This document shows, in pieces, positions 61,601 through 64,000 of a DNA stretch of 64,000 nt; position 1 is the stretch's first letter; each line of letters begins with the position of its first letter. The position numbers and the translations under genes were made by a program. This DNA is from Diadema antillarum. Its lineage: Eukaryota. The stretch lies in the NCBI RefSeq assembly GCF_040938485.1, contig NW_027271030.1:1240001-1304000 (forward strand), given 5' to 3'. Below the pieces are notes generated by a model, which worked only from the letters and a program-made list of their open reading frames with translations, had not been told where the DNA came from and did not search any database.

Positions 61601-64000
61601 TTTCATTCCTTTCAAGAACTTTTCCTGACATTTATCCGAGACAGCATTAGAGCAAACTTATGCCAAGCTTGCACCCCCACGAAATTTAACAAGGTTCACG
61701 TACGCTCATACGCTAAAGAGTTTGTCTGATGATGTACCGATTACTTCGTTGTCACATGCTTAAAATTTGGAACTTGTTTCAAATTGTTTGGAGCCCACCT
61801 TGCCATGGTCTGCGAAACTAAACTAACCATTATGGAATAGAACACAATATCGAACGAGTCACACACGTCAACGTACACCTTAAAATGCCAAAAACGTCAC
61901 GCACAGGGCTCTAAGTAAAGTGTGATAGTGCCTTTGAGCTTGCAGAATGGGTATAGTAACTTATTTCATTTTGATATTCTACAAGAACGTGAATGTCATA
62001 TCTGTTGCAGAACTCAATGCAAACAAAGATGTAATCACCACTGAATCCCCCTGGCTTTACACCAATGTGTCCTCCACAACAGTTACCTCGAGGGCGCCAT
62101 CTACGTCAGGTATTCATCTCTTGCCGATACTTTTATGTTCTTCGGTTAAAGATGAACTAGAACCTTTTGGTTCTCCAGTTTGTCATTAAAAATATATATA
62201 TATATATGAAGAAAATTTTTAAACAATAAGACGTGGTCACTCTTAGCATCGTTCCATTATGTCTACAATACCCAATAATAAATAATTTGCAATAATGTTT
62301 CCGAGCCACGACATCAAACTGATTTGTGCAAACAATATTGCTTATAACGTTGAGTGAGGTCAGGTTTGCGTGATTCGCATGTGTAATTATGTATGTATTA
62401 TGATAATGATTCCATATTTCTTTTTAACTGTTCAAATTAGTTTTTATCAAAAAATCATTCATCAAAAGACTGAATATCATATAAAAGAAAAAAAAACACA
62501 GAAAAATATAAGTTTGTGCAAGATAACTCCCGTGCCCCTTCATTCAAAAATAATCGTCGACATGAAAACAAGTACAAGTGTACTAGATGCATGCATGACG
62601 GGAATTCTATTCTACACTCTTCTTTGACCTCGTGTATGCAACATTTTTTCTCTGATGTCACCCTTTCTTGTACGAATCTTGTAGGTGAAACGTTTGCAAC
62701 AACTGTTACGCCTAGTTTGCCTGAAAACATGGCTATGGTGACGATCCTAACGGCTATTCTGTCTGTGACATACTTTACCATATTGATAATCTTGGTGTGT
62801 TTGCTGTTGCGGACTTGTCGGAGGAAAAGAGCACGACTTAAGTCAAACCCACCCCAGGTACGTTGGATTTTTTTTTGTACAAAATTATTTCTTATGAACT
62901 ACGTCATATTCATGTCGGTTTATTTTCTGCAGAATGTCTATATTTTTATGTTGGAAATGAAAAAAAAAAATAAATGAATGACCGAATGAATTTTGAATAC
63001 TATATATCATCAATCAAGTAACACATCAGTATTTTCATTGAAGTTTCTGATTTTAAACAACTTGCCTATTACTCATAGTTCACATTTTGAGTAAATGTTT
63101 TGCATTAATGCATTGTCTATTAAAAATTTGTTTTGAATCTTTTTCAATCTAAATTTATAATGAAGGTTAATTCGACTTAATAAATCCTCCTACATTTTCT
63201 TTACAACAATCTTTACGATATTGCAAAGATAATGTGCATTTAATAGTAATCAGCCTGTGCTTTCCGTTGTAATGCAATGTAATGCCTGAGTGACATCTTC
63301 ACGGGAAGCAAACATTGTATGCTGCGATTCAATAACCATCTTTTGGTTTATACACTTCACCACTATTCTGAGACGTTTGAAATTGACGTTCTACATTCAA
63401 ATTGAAAATAAAAACATTTTGTCTCATTTCCTGATATTTTGGAGCAAAATAGATTATGGGCACCTGAGGTAAGAAGAAATGTTTATAAAGAGCAACAATA
63501 TTGCTGATCACCTGATAGAGTGAACGCAGTGTCTGCATGACGTGACTAAAAACCTTTTCTTCATTTGATTTGGTCCCTGGTCAAATCAGTTGATGACTTC
63601 CCGGTTCATGGACGATCCCCAAGTGTACTGCGAGTTCTCTCCTAAGACGACGTCGGACCCCGATCTGCGGTTGTTGGGTGCGTCCGGTTACGTGAATAGT
63701 TGCTCTGCGATGATGCCAGGGTGTAAAGCGGAAAAGGAAAAGACGAAGAATGACGAGGAGGCATACGCTGCGATACCGGGTGCGGAAACAGCCCTGTATC
63801 AGGAGCCCATGACTGCCGGGGGCGACACAAAAGGTGAGCCCTGGGCTGGTAGCCCGGGGCGCGACCCGTTGGTTTCTCCCACCTCGATCATTGATGCAAT
63901 GACAGGTATCCCACCATCATCCCCTCCTCCATTGCCAGATTACGACTTTTCTCTGTTTGGCACCGACCTTAACGACCCGGAAGCGAATAAACCTGTTCCG
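52531..64000 (+). CDS. Predicted type I membrane protein: signal peptide, CUB-like, CUB, short S/T stalk, TM, Tyr/Pro-rich cytoplasmic tail (exons 52531-52609, 58456-58818, 60701-61057, 62011-62109, 62685-62857, 63590 to >64000)
   Basis: All junctions are AG/GT with compatible phases (1,1,1,1,0). CUB signature ISSPNYGETYPDNFYGLWTLQAPPNS...FQTEKCCDDVFI...GGFLLAF. TM MVTILTAILSVTYFTILIILVCLLL followed by RTCRRKRAR. The last exon is open to the window end. Extra exons in the 5.8-kb first intron cannot be excluded. Confidence 0.78.
54337..55940. mobile_element. Non-autonomous PIF/Harbinger-like DNA element
   Basis: 14-bp TIRs GGTGGTATTCTGAG / CTCAGAATACGGCC, 3-bp duplication TGG, repeated subterminal GGTATTCTGAG / CTCAGAATACC motifs at both ends. 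Confidence 0.7.
56133..56355 (+). mobile_element. tRNA-derived SINE copy (family A)
   Basis: TGTGGTATAGTGG, GAGTTCGATTCC, CCCAGGTGTATAAATG and ACTGGGTAAAGAGGACCTTAT shared with 41482-41760. Confidence 0.82.
57765..57990. repeat. CT-rich low-complexity tract
   Basis: Directly visible. Confidence 0.75.
58456..58818 (+). CDS. Gene 3 divergent CUB-like exon
   Basis: Phase 1 to 1, 121 codons; IVCWTFNTSCDTRVRISL...VYIGDG...SVSNAAWVV...FTMLV. Confidence 0.75.
59525..59595 (-). mobile_element. tRNA-like head (SINE remnant or tRNA pseudogene)
   Basis: Minus strand TGGTGGTAGTG...AGGTTCGATCCCCGCTGG. Confidence 0.45.
59725..60304. mobile_element. Harbinger-type MITE with CTG target site duplication
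   Basis: 18-bp TIRs GGGCCCGTTGCATAAAAC / GTTTTATGCAACGGGATC flanked by CTG (59722-59724 and 60305-60307). Confidence 0.82.
60490..60620 (+). mobile_element. tRNA-SINE-like remnant (second family)
   Basis: GGGTTCGAGTCC B-box followed by GGGCAAGGCGCTT, a common SINE post-tRNA segment. Confidence 0.45.
60701..61057 (+). CDS. Gene 3 CUB domain exon
   Basis: Canonical CUB motifs; TTTCAG acceptor and GTGAGT donor. Confidence 0.9.
62685..62857 (+). CDS. Gene 3 transmembrane exon
   Basis: About 25 hydrophobic residues followed by a basic stop-transfer cluster; TAG acceptor and GTACGT donor. Confidence 0.88.
63590..64000 (+). CDS. Gene 3 cytoplasmic tail exon (incomplete; missed by the ORF track because there is no stop in the window)
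   Basis: AATCAG acceptor, phase 0; 137 open codons LMTSRFMDDPQVYCEF...GYVNS...EEAYAAI...LYQEP...PPSSPPPLPDYDF... Confidence 0.78.
   Translation, partial: MMTSRFMDDPQVYCEFSPKTTSDPDLRLLGASGYVNSCSAMMPGCKAEKEKTKNDEEAYAAIPGAETALYQEPMTAGGDTKGEPWAGSPGRDPLVSPTSIIDAMTGIPPSSPPPLPDYDFSLFGTDLNDPEANKPVP

Overview
Eukaryotic (animal) genomic DNA from a gapped draft assembly (three N runs). The invertebrate-deuterostome, echinoderm-like origin is an inference from gene and repeat style. Three + strand genes were reconstructed by hand from splice sites and codon phase. (1) A four-domain voltage-gated sodium channel alpha subunit: 25 core coding exons, 1714-27591, about 1949 aa. It has a D/E/E/A selectivity filter (Nav2/DSC1 class), an MFL inactivation motif, a minor-spliceosome AT-AC intron (5946-6470), candidate 12-nt and 36-nt cassette exons, and an apparent 1-nt insertion in the DII S1-S2 exon that breaks the frame as assembled. 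(2) A predicted secreted protein: signal peptide, small Cys-containing domain, 333-aa Thr/Ser mucin stalk and six-bladed YWTD-like propeller (about 30775-44541). (3) A predicted type I membrane protein: signal peptide, CUB-like, CUB, TM and a Tyr/Pro-rich tail (52531 to beyond 64000), preceded by a 129-bp tandem promoter duplication. Introns and intergenic DNA hold a nearly intact CR1/L2-clade LINE with a PHD-APE-RT ORF2, LINE fragments, tRNA-derived SINEs, several MITEs and a 3.2-kb foldback structure with about 1.17-kb inverted arms. No rRNA, functional tRNA or CRISPR array was found.
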